Below, piece by piece: positions 51,689 through 62,006 of a stretch of DNA of 64,000 bases (position 1 is the first letter of the stretch; each line of letters starts with the position of its first letter). Source of the stretch: Myxococcota bacterium (GTDB taxonomy: Bacteria > Myxococcota_A > SURF-8); contig CAXXQS010000002.1 in assembly GCA_963674735.2 (NCBI GenBank), positions 2,240,001 to 2,304,000 of the forward strand. Direction: 5' to 3'. Both the position numbers and the translations under genes were made by a program. The notes beneath the pieces are model-generated. The model was not told where the DNA came from. It saw only the letters and a program-made list of their open reading frames with translations, and did no database searches.

Positions 51689-52794
51689 TGCTGATCACCA
51701 AGCCGTTGGTTCCGCCTTTTAACGACAGTGCGAAAGTGCTGCCGCGCCTGCTGATGGAGGCCTGTCCGCAACAGCGATTTCACGTGCTGGGGGCGGCGCA
51801 TCAGAAAATAGATTTGGCGAACGTGCGGGTGGAGGATTTCGTGTTCGATGCGGAGCATGGCGCGTTGACCGGCTGGCAGAAGCTGCGCTTGTTTTTGCGT
51901 CTGTTGAAGCCGGACGAAATGGCTGCGTACCATTTTTTTTTCGCGCCCAATCCTCTGTCGTCGCTGATGTCGAGTTTGGCGATGCACATGCGCGGGACGC
52001 TGCCGAGCGTGCAGACGGTCTGTTCGTCGCCGAAGAGCTTTTCGGGGGTGAAGCGGTGGCTGTTTGCGGATGAGACGGTGGTGCTGAGCGATGACACGCT
52101 GGCGAAGATGCAGGCTGAGGGCGTGAAGCATGTGCGGCGCATCTATCCGGCGGTGAAGGCGCCTGCGCGGATCGAAGAGACGCCCGAGGTCACGCGCCGT
52201 CGCTTGGGCTGGCCCGAGGAGGCGGTGGTGGCGTTGTACGCCGGGGATCTGGAATTCTCGAACGCAGCCGAAACCTTGATGGCGAGTCTGCCGGAGGCTT
52301 TGAAGAACCCGCGTTTGCACGTGGCCTTGGCGGTACGCGATAAAACCGAACGCACCCAGGCTTTGCGTCGCGGCTTGAAACGCCGGATTCGTCAGGCGGG
52401 ACTGGAGACGCGCGTCAGTTGGGTGGATGAGCAAACCTCCATGTGGCCTGTTCTGCAGGCGTCGGATGTGCTGGTGCTCAATCCCGATACGCTCTATGCC
52501 AAGATGGATCTGCCGCTGGTGCTGTTGGAGGCCATGGCGCTCGGCAAGCCCAGTATCATCAGCGATTGCGCCCCGATGAGCGAGGCCTACGGCGATGCCG
52601 AGGCCGGGTTACGCGTCACGCCGGGACGCCCCGCGCGTTTGGCGGAGGCTTTGACGGCTTTGGCCGAGGACGCCGGGTTGCGTGAACGGCTGGGGACGGT
52701 GGCGGCGCAGGTGGCGCGTGAACGCTTTTCGCTGGAGCGGCTGGGGCGCGAAACGGCGGCTCTGTATGCCGAGATCGCGGAGCGACCGCGATGA
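51676..52794 (+). CDS. GT4-family glycosyltransferase
   Basis: GAGGAGG RBS with GTG start; MDLPLVLLEAMALGKP. Confidence 0.85.
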   Translation: MFKVMLITKPLVPPFNDSAKVLPRLLMEACPQQRFHVLGAAHQKIDLANVRVEDFVFDAEHGALTGWQKLRLFLRLLKPDEMAAYHFFFAPNPLSSLMSSLAMHMRGTLPSVQTVCSSPKSFSGVKRWLFADETVVLSDDTLAKMQAEGVKHVRRIYPAVKAPARIEETPEVTRRRLGWPEEAVVALYAGDLEFSNAAETLMASLPEALKNPRLHVALAVRDKTERTQALRRGLKRRIRQAGLETRVSWVDEQTSMWPVLQASDVLVLNPDTLYAKMDLPLVLLEAMALGKPSIISDCAPMSEAYGDAEAGLRVTPGRPARLAEALTALAEDAGLRERLGTVAAQVARERFSLERLGRETAALYAEIAERPR

Positions 52795-53546
52795 CGCGCA
52801 GCAACCGCGACTATTACGACGCCTTCAGTTCGGTGTACGAGAATGGACGCGAGCGGGCCTATCACCGGCTGATCGACGAGCTGGAATTGACGGCGCTGGC
52901 CCCGTATGCGCGTGGCAAGCGCGTGCTGGAGGCGGGCTGCGGCACCGGGTTGATCCTGGCGCGCTTGGCCGAGATAGCGAAGGAAGCGGTGGGCGTGGAC
53001 CAGTCGCCGGGCATGCTGGCGACGGCGCGTGCGCGCGGGCTGGATGTGTACGAGGCCGATCTAGTCGCGCTGCCGTTCGACGACGCGAGCTTCGATACCG
53101 TGTGCAGCTTCAAGGTGCTGGCGCATGTGGAAAACATCCGGGCGGCGCTGGCCGAGCTGGCGCGTGTGACGAAACCCGGCGGGCATCTGGTGCTGGAATT
53201 CTACAACCCGCAGAGCCTGCGCGGACTCATCAAGCGCGTGAAGCCCGCCACGGCTATTCCCGCAGAGCCCCTAAACACGGACTTGGAACGCAATTGCAGC
53301 GCAACCCAAGCGCTCGACGATCACCAGGTGTACACGCGTTTCGATAGGCTGGCGGACATCCGCGCCGTGCTGCCGCCCGGGCTGACCTGGGTGGAGACCG
53401 CCGGAGTACGCGTGGTGACGCCCATGGCCGGTATGCTGGAATGGCCGCTAGTCGGACGCATCCTCGCCGCCGCCGAGCGCGCTGTCCTGCGCTCGCGCCT
53501 CGCCCGCCTGGCGGGCTTCGTCATCGTCGTGTTGCGGAAGGAGTGA
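52791..53546 (+). CDS. Class I SAM-dependent methyltransferase
   Basis: VLEAGCGTG, LPFDDASFD, KPGG; ATGA coupling. Confidence 0.9.
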   Translation: MTRSNRDYYDAFSSVYENGRERAYHRLIDELELTALAPYARGKRVLEAGCGTGLILARLAEIAKEAVGVDQSPGMLATARARGLDVYEADLVALPFDDASFDTVCSFKVLAHVENIRAALAELARVTKPGGHLVLEFYNPQSLRGLIKRVKPATAIPAEPLNTDLERNCSATQALDDHQVYTRFDRLADIRAVLPPGLTWVETAGVRVVTPMAGMLEWPLVGRILAAAERAVLRSRLARLAGFVIVVLRKE

Positions 53547-56500
53547 GGAGGGCCAGTAGCTCATCAAGGTATTGTCTTTCAGATCGTTCTCAATTTGTTT
53601 GATAGCGTAGTAGGCGGTTTCACGTAATGGATTGCCCGGATTCAAATTAGTATACTTATACAACTCACCCAATGCAGTCTCTGCGTATTTTCCTAGAGAG
53701 CCAAGCGAAAGAATAGCAGCCGTTGCCGCAATATCATCTTTATAATCAGATACAACTTTAATTAGCTCAATAATCATATGTTCATCTTTTCGTTTAAGCT
53801 CAGATAAAGCGATAGCAGATTTAGCTACAACCCGAGTTGATGAATCAGCAAGAGAATGAATGAGAATATGCTTTATTGACGAGGAAATATGATCATTAGA
53901 TGAATAGTTCTTAAGAATGCGTTTCAAAGTAGTAATGGCATGAAGCTTATCAGGTACAGTCCCATTTGCTAGAAGAATAGAATAGCTGTCCACACGGTCG
54001 TTGAGGCGCTTCTGCTTGATTTCCTCCCAGCTCAAGCCCGCCAGTCCGGCGAGTTCTTCGACCACCTTCGCCGGTACCTGCTTTTTGAAGGCGTCGATCT
54101 GGGAGGTGGTGTAGACCGCGTGCATAAAGCCGCGTATTTCTTCCAGTTCGCCCGGCTTGCTGCGGGCCGCCTCGCAGAAATCCGCCCATTTTTCTTCATC
54201 CGCGCCGTAGGCCTCGATGACGAAAAAAGCAGCCAGATACTCGGCTACCGGATCCTGGCTGACACGTAGCGAGACGAAAAGGTCTTTGTAAACTTTCAGG
54301 ATGCCGAGATTCTCGCACAGATAGTGAATCTTGTTGTCCCAGTCCGCCTCGTCGGGGAAAACGGCGCGTACCTCGTCTTGGGCCCGCCGCGCGGGCTTGA
54401 ACTCCGCTTCCAGGCAGGCGTAGGCGATGCCCTTCATCAGGCGCTGCACCTCCCGATCCGACAACTCGCCCTTGGTGAGGTCGGGCTCTTTGTTGCTGCG
54501 GTTGAGCGATTCGAGAATCAGGCTGGGGACATCCTTGGGCAGTTCGCGTTGCGCCTCATCGGGATTTTGGTAGCGCTCCTCCATCTGCTCGGCGAACAGC
54601 GTGACGATCAAGGGCGTCACGCCACGCTCCGGCCCGGCGCCGGTGGTGCTGTCGATGATCATGTCGGCCAGGTGGCTTTGATCCTGCCCGAACTGCTTGT
54701 AGTCCTCCAGATCCTTCAATTCGATAAACGCTTCGAGAAAACTCTTGATTTCATTGGGCCCCATGAGTTTGGGCTGCAGGCGATGCGTGGCGCTGGTTTT
54801 GCAATCCGAATCGAGGCGGGTGGTGACGATCCAGCGCGGAACGCCTTTCAGCGCGGCCGACAGCGCTTCGCGGCTCTTTTGATTCATCTCCGAGAAGTGA
54901 TCCACCACCGGCAGAATGCGCCCGGCATCGAGTAGCAAGCGCGCGAAAACAGGCGTGATCTTGAAGGCCTTGTGCTGGGCGATCTGCGTCGCCAGCAGGT
55001 CGTCCGGCCGCAGTTCGCTGTCGGCCAGGTCGTCTTCGAGCACCCACGGCAACAGCGGACGCGCGGCAATGGAACCGTGCTCGGTGGGGTCGCAGCACCA
55101 GCTGAGCAGGCGATAAGCGAGGCTGGTTTTACCCGCGCCGCCCTGCCCCGAAATCGCCAGCCGCAGCGTATCCCGCGCCATCAAAGCCTTGAAGTCATCG
55201 GGCGACGGCTTGTCGAAGGGCCGCTGTTCGTCGCTCGCGCAATCGGTGAGTTCGACCGGCATGGCGTGGTAGAAGCCCTTGCGCATCTCGGCGAAACAGC
55301 TGCATTGGTTCGCTTTGTCCCAGGCGGCCTGACGGCGCGGTTGGATCCAGGCATCGAGCGTGCGCGGCCGCGAGGCGTAATGTTCCAAGCGAAAACCAAT
55401 GCGCAGGAGTACGGGCCACTTGGTCAAGCTTGGATGACGATGCGTGAACTCGAACAGACTGACGGTCCAACGGCGACGCCGGTCCCATGGAATATGGAAA
55501 AAGATATGCGCGAATAAAAATACAGCAAATAGGACCACAACCGCAATCGCCGTCCAATCGGCCTCTTCCAACACCCCCTTGATGAAATCGCGCGTCTCGT
55601 TGCGCTGCCGGAGGGCGAGTTCGGCTTGGAGGGATTGGGTTGCATTAGAAATACGATTGTATTCCTGATGCTGCTTCCAATTCATTGATTTGGATGGGGT
55701 GAAACGAAGCAAATCCTGAAGCATGTGAAGGATTTGTTTTTCCGATAGATCGTTCCGTTTGGCCGAAATGGAATCGCTGAATACGGAAATGGTTGTGATT
55801 CCCGGATAACGATTTACCCAATGTTCATCATGATATCCGCTGGTGAGTGTGTGAAAGATATCGATCTGCTGGTTTAGCGGGAGTTGGGTGCCTAACCTTT
55901 CGATGGTGGAAAGCATTGATGTATTATGTTTGAATACTCGCAATGCATCAAAAATGGATTCAATTACGAGTTTCGATGGAGGTTGAAATTCCGATAAGGT
56001 AAAGATCGCCGCGTCTCGGATGATACGACTGGGATCTTTGAGCAGGTGCAAAACATCCGGTAGAAATGAGGCAAACTGGTCGGGGGGAAAGCGGTTGATA
56101 AAAGGCTGAACCCAAGATAAATTGTTCTCATGAGCAAACAATTTACGCATCTTTGGCGCATGATAAAGTAAGCCGCTAACCGCAATCAAACCAGTCAAAG
56201 GGTCAACACTATGAAGTCCCTGGCGAAGACCAGCAGGTGTTTGTAGTTCGGGAAATGCAAGTAATATCAACGATCTGGCAATTAGCATCCGGGATGAATC
56301 CCGTGTATAGCCCATCGCTTTCGTAAGGGCTGGAATAGCAGAAGATGCATCAGAACCAATACAAGCTAGAAGATTGGCTGTACTGCCGAGTGGATAATTG
56401 GTGTTTTCATCCAGGAGATGCTTGATGGCGATTTCAAGGACGGAAGAGGACCGGGTATGTAAGCGGCACAAAGATTCGGCGGACAGGTGATGTATTGCTG

Positions 56501-56909
56501 TCTGCGGGTCGCCTAACGTTTTAAAAAGAGCGATGATAATTGGTTGGAGCGGGTCTCCAATTCGAGCCAAGGCTTCGATTGCCGACGCACGAGTATAGAG
56601 ATCGTTATGATAATCGGTGCTAAATAAAATCAAAGACGGTACCGCCTGGCTGGCTTTCGGACCCATCGCCCCAATTTGTTTGGCGGCAGCCCGAGCCTTG
56701 TTGACGTTGCCACTGTATAAATCCTGAACCAATCCCCGCAGCTCGGGGTCGGTAATTTCGGCGAGGTCGGGAGCCGAGATGGAAGGCGCGGGATTGTCGG
56801 ACGAGGTGGCGCAAAAGGCAGCCGATGGCGTCAGGCAGAGCGTCAGCCAGGCCGTCAGGCAGACGGCCCAAAGCAACCCCCACACAAGATATCGTCGTTC
56901 TCCCGGCAT
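53448..56909 (-). CDS. Membrane-spanning HEAT-repeat / NACHT-like (STAND) NTPase protein
   Basis: Signal peptide, HEAT repeats, TM helix (IAVVVLFAVFLFAHIFF), Walker A GQGGAGKT, Walker B VVDHFSE, TPL motif, C-terminal HEATs; GAGGGG RBS. Confidence 0.75.
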   Translation of the reverse strand: MPGERRYLVWGLLWAVCLTAWLTLCLTPSAAFCATSSDNPAPSISAPDLAEITDPELRGLVQDLYSGNVNKARAAAKQIGAMGPKASQAVPSLILFSTDYHNDLYTRASAIEALARIGDPLQPIIIALFKTLGDPQTAIHHLSAESLCRLHTRSSSVLEIAIKHLLDENTNYPLGSTANLLACIGSDASSAIPALTKAMGYTRDSSRMLIARSLILLAFPELQTPAGLRQGLHSVDPLTGLIAVSGLLYHAPKMRKLFAHENNLSWVQPFINRFPPDQFASFLPDVLHLLKDPSRIIRDAAIFTLSEFQPPSKLVIESIFDALRVFKHNTSMLSTIERLGTQLPLNQQIDIFHTLTSGYHDEHWVNRYPGITTISVFSDSISAKRNDLSEKQILHMLQDLLRFTPSKSMNWKQHQEYNRISNATQSLQAELALRQRNETRDFIKGVLEEADWTAIAVVVLFAVFLFAHIFFHIPWDRRRRWTVSLFEFTHRHPSLTKWPVLLRIGFRLEHYASRPRTLDAWIQPRRQAAWDKANQCSCFAEMRKGFYHAMPVELTDCASDEQRPFDKPSPDDFKALMARDTLRLAISGQGGAGKTSLAYRLLSWCCDPTEHGSIAARPLLPWVLEDDLADSELRPDDLLATQIAQHKAFKITPVFARLLLDAGRILPVVDHFSEMNQKSREALSAALKGVPRWIVTTRLDSDCKTSATHRLQPKLMGPNEIKSFLEAFIELKDLEDYKQFGQDQSHLADMIIDSTTGAGPERGVTPLIVTLFAEQMEERYQNPDEAQRELPKDVPSLILESLNRSNKEPDLTKGELSDREVQRLMKGIAYACLEAEFKPARRAQDEVRAVFPDEADWDNKIHYLCENLGILKVYKDLFVSLRVSQDPVAEYLAAFFVIEAYGADEEKWADFCEAARSKPGELEEIRGFMHAVYTTSQIDAFKKQVPAKVVEELAGLAGLSWEEIKQKRLNDRVDSYSILLANGTVPDKLHAITTLKRILKNYSSNDHISSSIKHILIHSLADSSTRVVAKSAIALSELKRKDEHMIIELIKVVSDYKDDIAATAAILSLGSLGKYAETALGELYKYTNLNPGNPLRETAYYAIKQIENDLKDNTLMSYWPSSLLPQHDDDEARQAGEARAQDSALGGGEDASD

Positions 56910-57823
56910 GCGTCGCCCCTCGCGGTTCGTCGTGTTGTGCGCGTGTCTGAATCCTACTCCCAATCACGCCGGGCTGTCAATTTTGCGCGTCAATGGAGGA
57001 TGAGATAGGGGGCGTTTGGCGCTCGTTGCGCGGTTGGGTCGCTTGACCGCGGCACGCGAAAATCGCGAAAACGAACGTTTTGGATGAGCAGCGCCAAAAG
57101 GGAGGAAGGCTAACGGACACGGGGCTCGATTCGTTCAAAAGACAATCGGGCGGCCAATACGCGAAATGCGCTCGATACTCGGGCGTTGAAATTGTTGGCA
57201 TTTTCGCTTCCTGACACGCGCGTAACCCGCAAAACCCAGCGGAATGCTCGGATTGCCGTAATACGTCACACCTTCGGGGTGCCCTTTCGTGCGGTGTCTC
57301 CGATTCGCGAAAATGATCGAACCGGAACGCGGGTGGCCGAACCGGAAATGACCTTATTCGATCGGGCGTTCCGCAAGTATGGAGCGAATTTCAGAGCCGA
57401 GTTTGATGAATAGTCATGGGTTAAAACGTATGAGGAATACGTCAAACAAAAATATAATGAATGTAATATAATAAAAGGATTGATAATGCGGGGGATCGAT
57501 GTGACGTAGATGGCTGAAATCACAGCACAATATCGGTAATGCTGGGATGGCGGCCAGATGGGCTGTGAAAATCGGATAAAAGTACGAATAAGAAGTGTGA
57601 TATCAATTAGATACAGACTTCATGCATAGATGGCATTTAGTCGCTGGTTAAAGGGTAGGGGTGGGTCTGTTAGGCTAAAACATCCGTAATATCGGATAGT
57701 TGTACCGCTGACGGGTCCGTGCGCGCGGGGTTTTAGTGGGGTGCCCGTCAAGAATGAAAAGACGCCCGTGTATGCCGCAATCATGAGGCAAAGCGACGCC
57801 TTTTGCCAGGCCAAAAACCCACG

Positions 57824-57846
57824 AAAAAGCCCCTCGGCAGAGGGGC
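57824..57846 (-). terminator. Intrinsic terminator after glyA-gcvT
   Basis: GCCCCTC-ggca-GAGGGGC with an A5 tract on +. Confidence 0.7.
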
Positions 57847-57874
57847 GTTCGTGAGTTCGGAATGGGAAAAACGA

Positions 57875-60800
57875 TCAGGCTTTGTGTTTCGCCGCGAAAG
57901 CCAGTTCGTCGCGCAACGCGAATTTGGCTTCGGCCTTGGGCGGGAAACGATCCACGATCTCGGCCTGCACCGGCAACGGCGTGCGCGTCTTCTCGCCCAT
58001 ATCGAGCGGCATGACCAAGCCCTTGCGGCGATTTTCGGGCACCATGGGAAAGACCGCGATGCGTCCGGGTTTGGCCGCTTTAGATAAAACATAAGCCAAG
58101 CCGACCTGGCTGCCGTCGGGTAGCACCACCGCCGAGGTGACGTGCCCGATGAAGTCGCCGCGATTGCCCGCCACCTTGTCGCCGGGTTTGATGGGCTTCG
58201 TACCTCTTTCCGTAATCGTGAAACGCACGGTTTCCTTGTCGCGCGTCGCTTCCTTGGCTAATAACGCGCGCTTGCCGATGAAGAAGGGCTTGTGGAATTT
58301 TACGTAGGAGGGGAAGCCCGCGCCGCCCGGTGTCATGCCGTAGGGGCCTTCCAACTCGTGCCCGTAAAGCGGCAGACCCGCCTCGGTGCGGGTGGAATCG
58401 CGCGCCGCCAGACCCGCCGGAACCAGCTCGAAAGGCCGCCCGGCTTCGACGATCGTCGCCCACAGTTCCGGGGCGCGTTCGGGATGCACGAACAGTTCGA
58501 AGCCGATGCGCTCGCCGGTGTAGCCGGTACGCGAAATGACCACCGGCAGTCCGGCCAAGGTAAACTCGCCGCAGTCGGTGCGCTTAAGGGTCATAAAGGC
58601 GGAAAGCTGCTCGGGTGCGATCAGGCTGCGTAGCGCGTCGCCCGACCGCGGGCCCTGCAGCGCCAGTACCACGCGGCAGTCCTCGCCGTTTACCGGATCT
58701 TTCAGGTTGCGCAAAACGGTGGGGCGCACGATGCGCCGCTGGGGCACGTCGCGGTCGCATAAAACATCGCCGGTATTCACGGCGTTCAACCAGGCCCAGT
58801 CTTTGTCTTCGTTCGACGCGTTCACCACCAGCAGGTAGCGCTCGGCCGCAAGACGATAAACCATGATGTCGTCGAGAACCTGCGCGTCGGGATCGAGCAG
58901 GTAGGAGTAGTAGCTCTGGCCGTCGCCGATCCAGCGCGCGTAGTTGGTGCTCGCGAAATCGAGAAAAGCCGTAGCGTTCGGTCCGGAGACTTCAAAGCAA
59001 CCCATATGGCTGATATCGAATAAGGCGCAGGCTTCACGCACCGCCTTGTGCTCCTCCAGCGTCGAGGTGTACCACACGGGCATTTCCCAGCCGGCGAAGG
59101 GCACCATCTTTTTGGAAATCGCCGTGTGCGTCTCGTAAAGCGAGGTGCGTTTGAGCGGTGGATTCTCGGGCTCCGTCCAAACGAATTCGGGAAGCGCGGC
59201 CGCCGGGGGCAAGGCTTCCCGCAGCAGGCGTTGACCGACGAAATAGGGTTTGTGCATGGCGAACCAGGCGGTGTCGCCCGCCTCGATCAGGGATGCGACC
59301 GTCAGGGGATGCTGCGGAAGACCCGCTTCGATCACCGCTTCGCGGCGCGTGGCCAGGGCACAGAGTGTTGCCCCGAGTTTGATCAGCGCAATCTGAACGG
59401 CTTCGGCGCGCGCGGCGGGAACCAACAGGGTGGCGAGGGATTCGCCGCCCGCCGCCAATACGATGCCGTCTTTACCGGTGCATTCATGGGCCCATGCCGT
59501 TGCCTGTGCGCCCACCAGATCGAAGCGGTGCAGGCCCTCTCCGAGCGGCGCATCCGCCGCCGCCAGGTCTTCGACCACCACTGGGCCTTCCACTTTGGCG
59601 GTCAGGTCGTCCGGTTCGAAAAGCAGGTAGCCGTCGGCGTGCCCGCGCATCCAGGCCAGCACGTGGTGCGCCCGTTCGGGATGCGGGATAACGAGAAAGC
59701 CGTTGTGGCGCGGGTTTTCGTGAAGCGGCAGGCGCGCAAGCAGGACGTCGTCGAGGACATCGCCCTGGCCATCGAGCATCAGCGTGCGCAGCGTTTCACC
59801 CGCGGCGAGCGCGGACGCGTCGCCGGTGATCAGGTTCTGGATGTGCGCCTCGACGCGCGCGCCGGTGACGCGGATGACTCCGCCGGGAACCGCGAACAGG
59901 GCCGCGCCGTTCTGCATGGCGGCGGTGGTGTCCTGCTCGGCCGTCTGTTCCGTGGGGCAACGGGGCGGCAGCGGTTTGAGCAGGCTGTAATGCGGATAGC
60001 CCGAGGAACGCGGAGCCTCGCCCGCCAGTTCGCCCGCCAGATCGGCCACGTCGCGCTTGGCCGCTTCGAAAGCGGCGAATTCCACCTTACCGCGCGGCAG
60101 CGTGCCCAGAAGACCGTCGAAATGGAAAGGATGGATACCCTTTATGATGCGCGCCACCAGCTCGCCCAGGCGGTCGATCTGTTCGTCAGTGATGCCGCGC
60201 TGGGTGATCCAGGGGGTGCCCATGCGAACGCCGGTGGCCATGGCGGTGAGGTCGTCGCCGGGCAGGGTGTTTTTGTTGGCGACGATGCCGCACAGTTCCA
60301 GCAGGCGCACGGCCATTTCGCCGCGTAGCATTTCGTCGGTGACGCGCGGCAGCTTTTTGAGATCGATCAGGAACAGGTGTGTGTCGGTGCCGCCGTAGGC
60401 CAGCGAGAGCCCGTTGGCTTGAAGCGCCGCACACAGGCGTTGCGCGTTGGCCACGATGCGATGCTGCAGGCGTTTGAATTCGTCGCTCTGGGCCAGCTTC
60501 AAGGCCACCGCCAGAGCGGTGATGGTGTTGACGTGCGGTCCGCCCTGCTCGCCGGGGAAAACCGCCAGGTCGATCATTTGGGCCTTTTCCTCGTCGGTGG
60601 TGAGGATGATCGCGCCGCGCGGACCCATGAGTGTTTTGTGGGTCGTAAAGGTGGTGACATCGGCAATACCCACCGGGTTGGGATAGGCCCCGGCTGACGC
60701 CATTCCCGCCGGATGGGCGATATCGGCCATCAGCAAGGCTCCGCAGGCGTCGGCGATCTGGCGCAGACGCGGCCAGTCGGGTGCCCAAGGATAGGACGTG

Positions 60801-61456
60801 AAACCCGCGATGATCAGGTTGGGTCGATTTTCGAGCGCCAGCTTTTCCATTCGGTCGTAATCGAGACGCCCCGTGGCCGGACTGATGCCGTAGGGGACGA
60901 CCTTGTAGCGTTTGCCCGACATATGGAATTCGGAGCCGTGGCTCAGGTGCCCGCCCTGCATGAGGTCCATGCCCATGATGGTGTCGCCCGGCTCTAAAAA
61001 GGCCTCGAAGACCGCCAGATTGGCGGCCGCGCCGGAGAGCGCCTGCACGTTGGCGAAGATGCGTTCGCTGGCGGCATTCGGATTGGCGAAGAGGTCGGCG
61101 GCGCGCCGACGGCAGAGGGCCTCGACCTGGTTGGCGTAGTCGGTTCCTTTATAGAAGCGCCGATCGGCGTAGCGTCGATAATGCACAAGCTGGGCAGGCA
61201 GGTCGGCCAGATCCGCTTCAGGCAGGTAGGTCGCCATGGAGGACGGATAGCCTTCGGCGTAGAGATTGCCGTAAACCGATTCCATACTGCGCCGGACCGT
61301 CGGATGGCACAGGCTTTCGGATGGAATCATGATCAGACGGCGTACCTGTCGCTCTTCCTCCAGTTCGATCAGGTCGTGAATCACGGGATCGCAGTCACGC
61401 AGCTCGCCATCGAAGGGTGCCACGCCCACGGTTTTGGGAATCTCGCGCTCGGCCAT
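57875..61456 (-). CDS. glyA-gcvT: Serine hydroxymethyltransferase fused to a degenerate GcvT domain and a full GcvT aminomethyltransferase
   Basis: YAEGYP, GGHLSHG, TTHKTLMGPRG (PLP Lys), FPGEQGGP; later FAGWEMPVWY, FDISHMG, SRTGYTGE, GLAARDSTRTEAG. Confidence 0.93.
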   Translation of the reverse strand: MAEREIPKTVGVAPFDGELRDCDPVIHDLIELEEERQVRRLIMIPSESLCHPTVRRSMESVYGNLYAEGYPSSMATYLPEADLADLPAQLVHYRRYADRRFYKGTDYANQVEALCRRRAADLFANPNAASERIFANVQALSGAAANLAVFEAFLEPGDTIMGMDLMQGGHLSHGSEFHMSGKRYKVVPYGISPATGRLDYDRMEKLALENRPNLIIAGFTSYPWAPDWPRLRQIADACGALLMADIAHPAGMASAGAYPNPVGIADVTTFTTHKTLMGPRGAIILTTDEEKAQMIDLAVFPGEQGGPHVNTITALAVALKLAQSDEFKRLQHRIVANAQRLCAALQANGLSLAYGGTDTHLFLIDLKKLPRVTDEMLRGEMAVRLLELCGIVANKNTLPGDDLTAMATGVRMGTPWITQRGITDEQIDRLGELVARIIKGIHPFHFDGLLGTLPRGKVEFAAFEAAKRDVADLAGELAGEAPRSSGYPHYSLLKPLPPRCPTEQTAEQDTTAAMQNGAALFAVPGGVIRVTGARVEAHIQNLITGDASALAAGETLRTLMLDGQGDVLDDVLLARLPLHENPRHNGFLVIPHPERAHHVLAWMRGHADGYLLFEPDDLTAKVEGPVVVEDLAAADAPLGEGLHRFDLVGAQATAWAHECTGKDGIVLAAGGESLATLLVPAARAEAVQIALIKLGATLCALATRREAVIEAGLPQHPLTVASLIEAGDTAWFAMHKPYFVGQRLLREALPPAAALPEFVWTEPENPPLKRTSLYETHTAISKKMVPFAGWEMPVWYTSTLEEHKAVREACALFDISHMGCFEVSGPNATAFLDFASTNYARWIGDGQSYYSYLLDPDAQVLDDIMVYRLAAERYLLVVNASNEDKDWAWLNAVNTGDVLCDRDVPQRRIVRPTVLRNLKDPVNGEDCRVVLALQGPRSGDALRSLIAPEQLSAFMTLKRTDCGEFTLAGLPVVISRTGYTGERIGFELFVHPERAPELWATIVEAGRPFELVPAGLAARDSTRTEAGLPLYGHELEGPYGMTPGGAGFPSYVKFHKPFFIGKRALLAKEATRDKETVRFTITERGTKPIKPGDKVAGNRGDFIGHVTSAVVLPDGSQVGLAYVLSKAAKPGRIAVFPMVPENRRKGLVMPLDMGEKTRTPLPVQAEIVDRFPPKAEAKFALRDELAFAAKHKA

Positions 61457-62006
61457 CGCTATCTCCTTTCCAAAACATCCACAGATGCCGAAACGATCGG
61501 CTCAATTCGCCGCCCATCATACCGCTTTTGCCCGCGTTGTAAAGGAACTTCCAAGGCTTTGCCGCGAAGCGTTTTCGGACTCGGAAAGCGGAGCAAGACC
61601 CGTTTCCGGCGCGGCATCAAACCTAGCATTAACCGGTAAATCATAAGTGATAATACGTATGTTTGAAATCGTGTTACGAAAAAGAAAGAGGTAGCAACTA
61701 CTTGATTTTATGGAATTAACCCTTGCAGCTCTTTTATTTCGATGATAGGCTGAGGTCCGTTTGGGCGCTGGTAGCAGTTTGAGTATGTTACCATTACTAT
61801 GCTGATACATCACTATGCAAGTTAAACGCGGATCTATTTGGGGGGTCAAATCGCGAGTAAGGCGGAATGCCGCGCTCTCTGTTTGTGCCTAACTGCGAAT
61901 GGACCGGTGTGTCCGTCTGCTAGACACACCGTGGATTGATGGACGTGTGTCAAGTATCGAACTTTGTTTGACGGATCTGCGAACTCATTTTCCGGAGGAA
62001 ATGCGC

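Noticed and set aside
61457-61900. Glycine, ZTP or THF riboswitch upstream of glyA-gcvT
   Set aside because: No recognisable aptamer consensus on the minus strand
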